Shown piece after piece: positions 35,346 through 44,055 of a DNA stretch of 52,485 nucleotides (positions are counted from its first letter, which is position 1; each line of letters starts with the position of its first letter). The DNA comes from Deltaproteobacteria bacterium. Its GTDB lineage: Bacteria; Desulfobacterota; Binatia; UBA12015. The notes under the pieces were generated by a model. That model was not told the origin of the DNA. It made no database searches and worked only from the letters and a program-made list of their open reading frames with translations. The DNA lies in NCBI GenBank assembly GCA_046583355.1, contig JAYGCM010000062.1, positions 1-52,485 on the forward strand. The letters run 5' to 3'. The translations under genes were made by a program, and so were the position numbers.

Positions 35346-35363
35346 CGCTAGAGGCGCGGCCGA
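35346..35363. repeat. Terminal-inverted-repeat remnant of the MITE family
   Basis: CGCTAGAGGCGCGGCCGA is identical to 3541-3558 (18 bp). Confidence 0.65.
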
Positions 35364-35400
35364 GATTGCTGTGACGGGCTGGTTGCGATTAGGTCTGTGC

Positions 35401-36183
35401 ATGAGTGACGCCAAAGTCTTGCTGGAAATCGACGGTCCGATCGCGACCATCACCAACAACAACGCCGAAAAACACAATGCCTTCGACGACGCGATGGATG
35501 CGGAGCTCTTCGCCATCCTCGCTGAGATCAAGGCCAATGCCGAGCTCCGGGTTGTGATCTGGCGCGGCGAGGGCAAGAGCTGGTCCTCCGGTCGCGATAC
35601 CGGCGCGCTCAAGGAGAGGAACTTCGACCTGCCGCACCACGGCCTGATGGACCGCGGCCAGAAGGGCAGCCTGCAACTTCTGGAGCTGGACATCCCCGTG
35701 CTCTGCGCCCTGCACGGCTGGGTGATGGGCGGCTCGTTTCAGCGCGCACTTCTTTGTGATGTACGTGTCGCCGCCGAGGGGACACGCTTCCGCCTGCCGG
35801 AGCTCACCTATGGTGTGATCCCCGACCTCGGCGGACCGGCCCGGCTTTTCCAGATGTGCGGCCACGGCGTCGCGAGCGATATGGTCCTCACCGGCCGCGT
35901 GATGGACGCCGAAGAAGCCTTGCGCCACGGCGTCATCTCGCGATTGGTGGCGGCGGACGAACTGGACGCGACCGTACGCGCGATGGCCGAGCAGATCGTC
36001 AAGGTCCCGCCCCTCTCGGTGAAGCTCGCGCGCCGCATCCTCAAGCGCCTCGGCGACGCCGAGACCATCGCCTCGATCGGCGACGAGAACCTGACGCAAT
36101 CGGTGATCAATGCCTCGCATGATTTCAACGAATGGCGCGCCGCCTTCCAGGAAAAGCGCGACCCGAACTACAAGAATGCCTAG
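35401..36183 (+). CDS. Enoyl-CoA hydratase/isomerase family protein
   Basis: GEGKSWSSGRD, PVLCALHGWVMGG, FRLPELTYG crotonase motifs. Confidence 0.92.
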   Translation: MSDAKVLLEIDGPIATITNNNAEKHNAFDDAMDAELFAILAEIKANAELRVVIWRGEGKSWSSGRDTGALKERNFDLPHHGLMDRGQKGSLQLLELDIPVLCALHGWVMGGSFQRALLCDVRVAAEGTRFRLPELTYGVIPDLGGPARLFQMCGHGVASDMVLTGRVMDAEEALRHGVISRLVAADELDATVRAMAEQIVKVPPLSVKLARRILKRLGDAETIASIGDENLTQSVINASHDFNEWRAAFQEKRDPNYKNA

Positions 36184-36192
36184 GAGATATCC

Positions 36193-37074
36193 ATGAGTAC
36201 CCAGGGATTAGCTGAGCCACCGGCGATTGGATCGCATGCGTTACCGGCAGACACATTTGCCGGGAAAACCGTGCTGGTCACCGGCGGCGGAACGGGCCTG
36301 GGCAAGGCCATTGCAAGTGAGTTCGCGCGCTGCGGCGCGCGTATTGCGATCGCCAGCCGCAAGCCCGAACACCTCGAGGCTGGCGTGGCTGCGCTCCGCG
36401 CATTGGGTGCGGAGGTTTTCGCTACCAGCTGCGATATCCGCGACCCTGATTCGATTGCGGCCGCCTTCGATGCAATCACGCAAAAATTTGCTCTACCCGA
36501 TGTTCTGGTGAACAACGCGGCGGCCAATTTCCCGGTGCCGGCAGAAGATATGAGCCCCAATGCCTGGCGCACAGTGGTCGATATCACGCTCAACGGCACG
36601 TTCTTCTGCACCCGTGAGTTCGCCCGACGCCATCTCGCGCGGGGCTCGACCGCCTCGATCATCAATGTCGGGGCCTCGTATGCCTGGACCGGCGGGCCCG
36701 GTTTCGCGCATTCCGCAGCCGCCAAGGCCGGCGTTAAAAATATGGTTGAGACACTCGCCGTGGAATGGGGGCCCTATGGCATCCAGGTCAACGGCCTGGT
36801 CCCTGGGCTCATGCCACACGACGATATGACGGCCGATATTCAGGGCAACCTCGCGCGTACGCACGAGAAAGACGCCTGCCAGCCGGCGCTGCGAGTCGGC
36901 CAGCCGCGCGAACTCGGCTGGGCCGCCACCTTCCTCGCCTCACCCTGGGGAAGGTTTATCTCCGGCCATACCCTCACCGTCGACGGTGCCAATTGGCAGC
37001 GGCGTACGCTGACCAATTCACCCGTGATCAGCGTGCGAACGCAGATGGGCAAAGGCGATTTCGGCATAGACTGA
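36193..37074 (+). CDS. SDR oxidoreductase, 2,4-dienoyl-CoA reductase-like
   Basis: TGGGTGLG, NNAAANF..PAEDMSPNAWRTVVDI.LNGTF, HSAAAK; GGAG RBS. Confidence 0.9.
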   Translation: MSTQGLAEPPAIGSHALPADTFAGKTVLVTGGGTGLGKAIASEFARCGARIAIASRKPEHLEAGVAALRALGAEVFATSCDIRDPDSIAAAFDAITQKFALPDVLVNNAAANFPVPAEDMSPNAWRTVVDITLNGTFFCTREFARRHLARGSTASIINVGASYAWTGGPGFAHSAAAKAGVKNMVETLAVEWGPYGIQVNGLVPGLMPHDDMTADIQGNLARTHEKDACQPALRVGQPRELGWAATFLASPWGRFISGHTLTVDGANWQRRTLTNSPVISVRTQMGKGDFGID

Positions 37075-37218
37075 GTCACGCCCGAGGCGTCCGCGCGGCC
37101 AACCCGGTCGCCGGCAGGCTCCGAATAGCGCAGATGCGCTGATGCAGTGCGCCCAAGAAAGACCCCTATTCAACGAATCGGCTCTTGGCCGCGCCAGTGA
37201 TTCGGGCAATGGCGCGGA

Positions 37219-37675
37219 ATGCTGCGGCGCTCGCTCTGGATATCTCTGCTCCTATGCGGCTCGTTGGTTTCGGCTCAAGCCAAGACTGCGAGTGCCGACG
37301 AGTTATCACGCCAACCGGAGAGCGCCGACGCTGGGCGATTCCAGGCCGACCTCCATACCCAGGACGGCCGCTTCGATGACGCGATCGCGGCCTACCAGAA
37401 CGCCATCCGCTTCGGCGCCGATGCGGACGATACCGACGCGACCATTGCGCTGGTCTTTGCCCAGGCCGACATGCCCGCCAGCGCGATTCAGCGATGTTCA
37501 AGGCTTCCAAAACCGTATTCGATACGGCTGATTTCGACCCCTTCGCCGGCGCGAATAACGCCTTCTGTATCTACGAAGACGGCGACGGCTGCATCTATGG
37601 CGTGATGGACACCCCCAAGAAGAACGAAGTGGGCAAATTCATCGCCAACGGCACGCTCATACACGGCACCATCCC
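37219..37675 (+). pseudogene. Disrupted secreted TPR-containing gene (two out-of-frame fragments, truncated by a half-MITE)
   Basis: Signal peptide plus a TPR-like GRFDDAIAAYQNAI in the 37219 frame; protein-like sequence continues in another frame from about 37494 and runs into the repeat at 37676. Confidence 0.55.
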
Positions 37676-37745
37676 GGAGCCTGACGCAGACCAGCAGCCA
37701 GAAGCGGCGCCCGGATGCAGACCTGCTTTTCGGTCGGGCCTCTAA
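37676..37745. repeat. Right half of the MITE family element
   Basis: 70 bp with 7 mismatches to 3640-3709; a further degenerate end CTGACTTTTCAGCCGGGCCTC follows at 37755-37775. Confidence 0.88.
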
Positions 37746-37795
37746 GTGCCTCGTCTGACTTTTCAGCCGGGCCTCGGGATGGCAGAAGGGAAGCG

Positions 37796-39346
37796 ATGAT
37801 GCCGCTGGCCCAACGAGTAGAGACGCTGGCGCGAACCAGACCGACCGAGATCGCGTTCCATGGCGACGGCGAGGCCTTGTGCTGGCGTGATTATGCGCAA
37901 CGCGCCGATTACCTGGCGGCGCGGCTCCTGAGCGCGGGACTCAAGCGCGGCGAGCGCGTGGCCGTGCTCCTGCCCGATGGGCCCGGGGTTCATATCGCCT
38001 ACCTCGCGTGCGAGAAGGCCGGCCTGATCGTCATGGGGATCGGCCCGCGCGCCGGCCCCGACGAGGTGCGCCATCTGATCCGCCGATCCGGCGCCCGCGC
38101 CCTGCTCAGCGGGCGCATGCACCGCGGCCTGGACCTGAGCGCACTCTGCGCCGAGCTGCGGCGCGAAGGGCACCCGCTCGCGTTCGAGTTCCGCGCCGAG
38201 GCCGGGCTTGGAGCGGAGGATGGGTTGGTTCAGGCCGACCAGACGATGCCCCTACCCGAGCCCGCGCGCGCTCTGGCCAGCGACGAGATTTTCCTCCTCA
38301 ATTCCACCTCCGGAACCACCGGCCTGCCCAAATGCGTCGCGCATGACCAGGACCGCTGGTTCGCCTTCCACGAGCCCGCCACGCGGAACGCTGAGCTCGG
38401 CCCGGAGGATATCTTCCTCAGCGCCTTGCCCGCGCCCTTTGGTTTCGGCCTCTGGACCGCGCATTTCACACCTACCCTGCTGGGCATCCCCTGCGTCGTA
38501 CCCGCAGCTTTCTCCCCCGAAGCCGTGCTGCGCGCGATTGCCCACCATCGCGTCACTGTCCTGGCCGCCGTCAGTACACAATTCATTCTGATGTTGGAAT
38601 CACCGGCCTTCGCCACCGCCGACCTCTCCTCCTTGCGCATTCTCTTCACCGGCGGCGAGGCCGTGCCCTTCGAGCGTGCCGCGGCATTCGAAGAGCGCAG
38701 CGGCGCCGCCGTGTTGCAATTCTACGGCTCCAACGAGGCCGGCGCCCTCTCTGGCACCACCACGCGCGACACCCGTGAGAAGCGCCTGCGCCCCGCCGGC
38801 CGCCCGATCGCGAACATGAACGTGCGCCTCTTCGATGATTCCGGCGCCGACGTGACAGCCAGCGGCCGCGGCCAGCCGGGGTGTCGCGGCCCGCAGATCA
38901 GCCGCGGCTATTGGGACGACGACGCGGCCAACACCGAGCTCTTCCGCAAAGACGGCTGGATGCTGACCGGCGATATCGCCGAAATCGACGCGGACGGCTA
39001 CCTCTCGATCGTCGGCCGAACAGCGGATATCATCATCCGCGGCGGCAAAAATCTGAGCGGCCCGGCCATCGAGGCTGAAGCGCAGACCCATCCCTCCATC
39101 CGCCTCGCCGCTGCGGTCGCCATGCCCGACCCGATCTTCGGCGAGCGCGTCTGCCTCTTCGTCGAGACGAATGACGGCAGCTCGCTTGCGCTTGCGGACC
39201 TCAAAGCGCACCTGGCCGCACGCGGCGTGAGCAAGGAATGGTGGCCCGAGCGTCTCGTGATCAAGGAGCTATTGCCACTCTCGTCCGGCGGCAAGGTCGC
39301 CAAGGGCGTGCTGCGCGCCGAGGCACGCGAGCTGCCCGCCCTCTGA
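37796..39346 (+). CDS. Class I adenylate-forming acyl-CoA synthetase
   Basis: STSGTTGLPK, YGSNE, TGD, GR..DIIIRGG, PDPIFGERVC, SGGKVAK. Confidence 0.92.
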   Translation: MMPLAQRVETLARTRPTEIAFHGDGEALCWRDYAQRADYLAARLLSAGLKRGERVAVLLPDGPGVHIAYLACEKAGLIVMGIGPRAGPDEVRHLIRRSGARALLSGRMHRGLDLSALCAELRREGHPLAFEFRAEAGLGAEDGLVQADQTMPLPEPARALASDEIFLLNSTSGTTGLPKCVAHDQDRWFAFHEPATRNAELGPEDIFLSALPAPFGFGLWTAHFTPTLLGIPCVVPAAFSPEAVLRAIAHHRVTVLAAVSTQFILMLESPAFATADLSSLRILFTGGEAVPFERAAAFEERSGAAVLQFYGSNEAGALSGTTTRDTREKRLRPAGRPIANMNVRLFDDSGADVTASGRGQPGCRGPQISRGYWDDDAANTELFRKDGWMLTGDIAEIDADGYLSIVGRTADIIIRGGKNLSGPAIEAEAQTHPSIRLAAAVAMPDPIFGERVCLFVETNDGSSLALADLKAHLAARGVSKEWWPERLVIKELLPLSSGGKVAKGVLRAEARELPAL

Positions 39347-39429
39347 GAGAGAACAGGCTGCTGCCGAGACGAATCGCCCGCGCTTGCGGGGGCATGGCCC
39401 GCTTCCGTACAAAGACCTGTGGGTAGACC

Positions 39430-40617
39430 ATGGATCTCCATTTCAGCGCAGAAGACGAAGAGTTCCGCCGCGAGTTCCGCGCGTGGATCGATGCCGAGCT
39501 TGCCGGCCCATTTGCTCATGTGAAGGGCCGCGGCGGCCCCGGCGACGAGCATTCGCTCTTCGCCGAGCGCCGCGAATGGGAGCGTCGCCTGGGTGGTGCG
39601 GGGTGGACCTGCGTTGGCTGGCCTGTCGAATACGGCGGCCGCGGTCTCAGCTTCCCCCAACAGGTCATCTATTTCGAAGAATACGCACGCGCCGGCGGGC
39701 CCGGACGCGTCAACCATATCGGCGAGACTCTGCTCGGCCCGACGCTCATCGCCTTTGGCTCCGAAGAACAGAAGCAGCAATTCCTCCCCGGCATCGTCTC
39801 GGGCCAGGAGATCTGGTGCCAGGGCTACTCCGAGCCCAACGCCGGCAGCGACCTCGCCAACGTGCAGACCCGCGCCCGCCTGGACGGCGACGACTGGATC
39901 CTCGACGGCCAAAAGGTCTGGACCTCGGGGGGCGAATGGGCCGATTGGTGCTTTGCCATCTGCCGCACGGAGAGCGACGTGAAGAACCACGCAGCACTCT
40001 CCTACCTTCTCGTGCCGATGCGTCAGGAAGGCGTCGAGGTGCGGCCGATCGTACAAATGACCGGCACCTCGGAATTCTGCGAGGTCTTCTTCGACGGCGC
40101 GCGTACAGCGGCACAGAATATTGTCGGCAGCCGCGGCGAAGGCTGGAAGGTCGCCATGGGGACGCTGGCCTTCGAGCGCGGCGCCTCGACCCTGGGCCAG
40201 CAGGCGCATTTCGAGCACGAATTGCAGGGCATCATCGAGATCGCGCAGAAGAACGGCAAGGCGAAAGACCCGATCATCCGCCAACGCCTCGCCGACGCCT
40301 GGATCGGCCTCAAAGTCATGCGCGCCAATTCGCTACGCTGCTTCAGTGCTGACGAAGGCACACAACTTGCCCCCGAGGCGATGATCACGAAGATCTATTG
40401 GGCGACCTGGCACCGCGACCTGGGCAAACTCGCCATGGATGTACTTGGCGCGGACGCCGAGATCGCCGCGAGCGCCCCCTACAACCTCACGATGCTCCAG
40501 CAGATGTACCTCTTCACCCGCTCGGACACGATCTACGCGGGTACCAACCAAATTCAACGCAATATCATCGGTGAGCGCGCGCTCGGACTTCCCCGCGAGC
40601 CGCGAGCCGCGAAATAA
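39430..40617 (+). CDS. fadE30: Acyl-CoA dehydrogenase FadE30/IpdE1-like (steroid C/D-ring degradation)
   Basis: N-terminus KGRGGPGDEH...ERREW...AGWTCVGWP resembles M. tuberculosis FadE30 as recalled; WCQGYSEPNAGSDLA, FERG; followed by ipdF as in the actinobacterial operon. Confidence 0.82.
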   Translation: MDLHFSAEDEEFRREFRAWIDAELAGPFAHVKGRGGPGDEHSLFAERREWERRLGGAGWTCVGWPVEYGGRGLSFPQQVIYFEEYARAGGPGRVNHIGETLLGPTLIAFGSEEQKQQFLPGIVSGQEIWCQGYSEPNAGSDLANVQTRARLDGDDWILDGQKVWTSGGEWADWCFAICRTESDVKNHAALSYLLVPMRQEGVEVRPIVQMTGTSEFCEVFFDGARTAAQNIVGSRGEGWKVAMGTLAFERGASTLGQQAHFEHELQGIIEIAQKNGKAKDPIIRQRLADAWIGLKVMRANSLRCFSADEGTQLAPEAMITKIYWATWHRDLGKLAMDVLGADAEIAASAPYNLTMLQQMYLFTRSDTIYAGTNQIQRNIIGERALGLPREPRAAK

Positions 40618-40628
40618 AAGGAAACGCA

Positions 40629-41411
40629 ATGCCCACTCCCCCGCCCGCCTATGTTCCCGGCCACGGCCTGCTCAAAGACAAAACAGTGCTTGTTACAGCC
40701 GCCGCCGGCACCGGCATCGGCTTCTCCACGGCCAAACGCTGTACGGAAGAAGGCGCACGCGTGATGATCTCGGACATCCACGAACGCCGCCTCGGCCAGG
40801 CCGCCGAACGCATCGAAGAAGAGACCGGCGCACGCCCGGCAACCCAGCTCTGCAACGTAACCGAGGAGGCTGACGTCGGAGCGCTGCTGGCCGCTGCCGA
40901 GAAGGAACTTGGCGGCATCGATATTCTGGTCAACAACGCCGGCCTCGGCGGCAACGCGCCGCTGGTCGAGATGACCGACGACCAATGGAATGCCGTGATG
41001 AATGTCACGCTGAACGGCACCTTCCGCATGACCCGCGCCGCCATGCGCAATATGATGCCCAAGGGCCACGGCGTGATCGTCAACAACGCCTCGGTGCTGG
41101 GCTGGCGCGCGCAGAAACTACAGGCGCATTACGCCGCCGCCAAAGCGGGCGTGATGGCGCTCACCCGCTGCGCCGCATTGGAGGCGGCCGAGAACGGCGT
41201 GCGCATCAACTGCGTCGCGCCCAGCATCGCCATGCACGCCTTCCTCGCCAAGGTCACACCGGAAGGGCTGCTCGACGAGCTCACGGCCAAGGAAGCCTTC
41301 GGCCGCGCCGCCGAGGTCTGGGAGATCGCCAACGTCATCGTCTTCCTGGCCAGCGACTACTCCTCCTACATGACCGGCGAAACCATCTCGGTCTCCTCAC
41401 AGCGCGCCTGA
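40629..41411 (+). CDS. ipdF: SDR IpdF (Rv3559c-like)
   Basis: Characteristic GHGLL..K.VLVTAAAGTGIG...ISDIHERRL, ASVLGWRAQ..QAHYAAAK. Confidence 0.88.
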   Translation: MPTPPPAYVPGHGLLKDKTVLVTAAAGTGIGFSTAKRCTEEGARVMISDIHERRLGQAAERIEEETGARPATQLCNVTEEADVGALLAAAEKELGGIDILVNNAGLGGNAPLVEMTDDQWNAVMNVTLNGTFRMTRAAMRNMMPKGHGVIVNNASVLGWRAQKLQAHYAAAKAGVMALTRCAALEAAENGVRINCVAPSIAMHAFLAKVTPEGLLDELTAKEAFGRAAEVWEIANVIVFLASDYSSYMTGETISVSSQRA

Positions 41412-41515
41412 GCCTGCGTCAGGCCGCTAGACGAGGAGATCGGCACCCGCCCAGTCGGCAAGGTCGGCTCGCTCCGCCGGATCGGCTGCAAGCCATCCCA
41501 GGTCCGGCTGGCCGG

Positions 41516-42622
41516 TCAGCGGGCCATCATCTTGCGCAGGAGGGCGGCGTGGGGGACTACGTCGTCGAGGTTGGTGGGCCATTCGGTGCCTTCAAAATGG
41601 ACGCGGCGGGAGTGGATTCGGCCCATGATGGCGGCGTGGCGGACGGCGGCGAAGACTTCGTACCAGAGGAGGTCCGGCACGCGGTGGCCGCTGGCGCGTT
41701 CGTATTCGGCCGCGACGTCCTCGCTGCGCATGAAATCATTCATGCCTTCGAGGCCGGCCATGCCGGCCAGGTCGTCGAAAAACGAGTGCAGGAAGATACA
41801 CCAGCCGAGGTCGAGGCCGCGCGGGCCAACGCTGACCATTTCCCAGTCGAGCACCGCGGCGGGAAGAAATCCGTCAAAGAGAATATTGCCGATGCGCGAG
41901 TCGCCCCAGCTGATGACCGTATCGCCTTCGTCGGCGGGCCAGTTCTCTTCGAGCCAGGCGAAGCCTTCGTCAGCAACCGGAATCGAGCGGTTCTCGCGCA
42001 TCCAATCGTAGAAGAAGCGCCACTCGGCGACCATGCGGCGCAGCGGCGTCGCGCCTGGGCGGTCGAGTTCCAGGAAGGCCGTGTCGACCTTGGTGCGGTC
42101 GATGGCGTGCAAGGAGGCGAGGACACCGATCGTCGCGTTCTGCAGCGTTCTTTGCTCTTCCTTGCTGGCATCCTTCAGCCAGCTCCCGAAGGGATACGGC
42201 ATGATATCGGGCGGCACGCGTCCCTCGATGCGCTCCATCACAAAGAAGGGTGCGCCGAGTGCTTCGCTGCCGGTCTCGAGCCAGCGCGCCACCGGTACCG
42301 GGACATCGCTATGCTCGGCAACCAGGCGCATCGCGCGGAATTGTCGCTCGAGGTCGTATTCGGGAAAGACCGGCACATCGGCCTGGACGGGCGCCACGCG
42401 GGCGACAAAGGCCTGGCGGCGGCGCGTGCCCTCTTCCTGCCACTCCGCATCGAAGAGCAGGGTCTCGCTCGACATGCCGGTTGCCGAGGGGCTGCTGAGA
42501 GGGCCGAGCATCAGGCGCGAGTCCTTGGGCAGCTGTTGCGCCATCCAGACCTCCAGGCCTCGGCGCATTTCGGCCGGGTCACGGCTTGATTTCTTCAGCG
42601 TATCGACGTCGGTAATTTCCAT
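41516..42622 (-). CDS. APH-family phosphotransferase (ACAD10/11 kinase-like)
   Basis: GMSSET, APFFVMERIEG, WGDSRIGN (Brenner motif), AVLDWEM. Confidence 0.9.
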   Translation of the reverse strand: MEITDVDTLKKSSRDPAEMRRGLEVWMAQQLPKDSRLMLGPLSSPSATGMSSETLLFDAEWQEEGTRRRQAFVARVAPVQADVPVFPEYDLERQFRAMRLVAEHSDVPVPVARWLETGSEALGAPFFVMERIEGRVPPDIMPYPFGSWLKDASKEEQRTLQNATIGVLASLHAIDRTKVDTAFLELDRPGATPLRRMVAEWRFFYDWMRENRSIPVADEGFAWLEENWPADEGDTVISWGDSRIGNILFDGFLPAAVLDWEMVSVGPRGLDLGWCIFLHSFFDDLAGMAGLEGMNDFMRSEDVAAEYERASGHRVPDLLWYEVFAAVRHAAIMGRIHSRRVHFEGTEWPTNLDDVVPHAALLRKMMAR

Positions 42623-42663
42623 ATTCAGGCCTCTCCCTGTGTCAGATCGGGTTACGCGCGTTC

Positions 42664-43125
42664 TCAAGCCGGAATGAAGCGGCTGATGGTATCGGCGACA
42701 CACGCCGGGCGGTCGCTGCCTTCGACCTCGACCGAGACACGAATGGTCGCCTGGATGGCGCCGGCCTTCACCTCTTCGACCTTTACCAGCTCGCCGACAC
42801 CGCGAATCTTCGCGCCAACCGGCACCGCCGCGGGGAAGCGCACCTTGTCACACCCGTAGTTCACGCCCATCGAGATGCCGCGCACATCGATGAGCTGAGG
42901 CAAAAAGAAGTTGACCAGCGAGAGCGTCAGGTAGCCATGCGCGATCGTTCCGCCGAAGGGGCCTTCCTTGGCGCGCTCGGGGTCGACGTGGATCCATTGG
43001 TGGTCGCCGGTCGCGTCTGCAAAGAGGTTCACGCGCTCTTGTGCGATGGTAATCCACTCGGTCTCGCCGAGCTTCTCGCCCACGCATGCCAGCATCTGGC
43101 TCGGGGTCTCGAAAATTCGCGCCAT
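42664..43125 (-). CDS. MaoC-family (R)-enoyl-CoA hydratase
   Basis: FADATGDHQWIHVDP, TIAHGYLTLSL, NYG.DKVRF. Confidence 0.93.
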   Translation of the reverse strand: MARIFETPSQMLACVGEKLGETEWITIAQERVNLFADATGDHQWIHVDPERAKEGPFGGTIAHGYLTLSLVNFFLPQLIDVRGISMGVNYGCDKVRFPAAVPVGAKIRGVGELVKVEEVKAGAIQATIRVSVEVEGSDRPACVADTISRFIPA

Positions 43126-43139
43126 ATCTCTATCTCCGT

Positions 43140-43910
43140 TCAGGAATGCGCAACCGCGTAGAAGGCGGGCCATTCGCCGCCGCCGTGGACCAGCAAATCG
43201 GCACCCGTGATATACGCCGCCAGCGGCGAGGCGAGGTAGGCGCAAACATCGCCCACCTCGCGCGGCGTCGCCAACCGGCCCAGGGGCACGGTCGCCTCGA
43301 CCCGCGCCAGAAGCTCACCTTTGCCAAAATGCAGCTCGGCCTGTTCGGTCAGGACAAGGCCCGCCGTTATTGTATTGACTCGGACCTTCGGTGCCCACTC
43401 CACCGCGACCGATTGCGTCCAACTGACGATGCCGGCCTTGGCCGCGCCATAGGCAGCCGTACCCGGCGACGGCCGCCGACCACTCACACTGCTGATGCTG
43501 ACAATCGCGCCGCCTTCTTCCTGCTTCTGCATCTGGCGGTTGGCGATCTGCGAGAGGTGGATCGGTGCAAGCAGATTGAGGCCGATGATTTTTTCATGGA
43601 AGCGCGGTGATGCGGTCGCGGCCTCGGCCTCCGGCGCGCCGCCGGCGTTGTTGATCAACACATCGAGTCTGCCCGATTGCTCCACGATGCCATCGACCAG
43701 CCCCTGCAATTGATCGAGGTCACGGACATCGGCCGCTTGGAAACGTGCGTGTCGGCCATCTCCTTCGGGCAGCGTCTCGGGTTCGCTACGGCCGCAGATC
43801 ACGACCTCGGCACCGGCGTCCAGGAAACGCTCGGAGATGCCGCGACCTACCCCCTTGCCGCCGCCCGTGACCAGAACTGTTTTGCCGGAAAAATCGAGAG
43901 AGAGGCCCAT
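43140..43910 (-). CDS. SDR oxidoreductase, Rv3549c-like (steroid C/D-ring cluster)
   Basis: NNAGG.P...A.ASPRFHEKI, SVSGRRPSPGTAAYGAAK, VEWAPKVRVN. Confidence 0.85.
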   Translation of the reverse strand: MGLSLDFSGKTVLVTGGGKGVGRGISERFLDAGAEVVICGRSEPETLPEGDGRHARFQAADVRDLDQLQGLVDGIVEQSGRLDVLINNAGGAPEAEAATASPRFHEKIIGLNLLAPIHLSQIANRQMQKQEEGGAIVSISSVSGRRPSPGTAAYGAAKAGIVSWTQSVAVEWAPKVRVNTITAGLVLTEQAELHFGKGELLARVEATVPLGRLATPREVGDVCAYLASPLAAYITGADLLVHGGGEWPAFYAVAHS

Positions 43911-44014
43911 GCGCTAGATCTAAGGGCTGCACGGAAAAACGCAACGACAGCCGACCAGTGGCTGCAACGACGGGCATTGATGCGTTAGTCGCTACCTTGC
44001 GATAGATAGGCAGA

Positions 44015-44038
44015 GTGCCCGCGCCGCCTCGCGGGCAC
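44015..44038. other. Perfect 9-bp GC hairpin in a divergent intergenic region
   Basis: GTGCCCGCG-CCGCCT-CGCGGGCAC just upstream of the GAGGAG RBS of the amidohydrolase gene. Confidence 0.45.
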
Positions 44039-44055
44039 GCCCGCAGAGGAGAACC

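Noticed and set aside
37480..37500. Programmed frameshift joining the two TPR-region ORFs
   Set aside because: No slippery heptamer or homopolymer run seen; decay or deletion is the simpler explanation.
37796..39346. Calling this ligase fadD3 (HIP-CoA synthetase)
   Set aside because: Its position is suggestive, but I cannot recognise FadD3-specific sequence, so it is left as a generic acyl-CoA synthetase.
43911..44055. KstR2 operator (AnCAAGnnCTTGnT) in the steroid cluster's divergent promoter
   Set aside because: No match to the consensus seen by eye.
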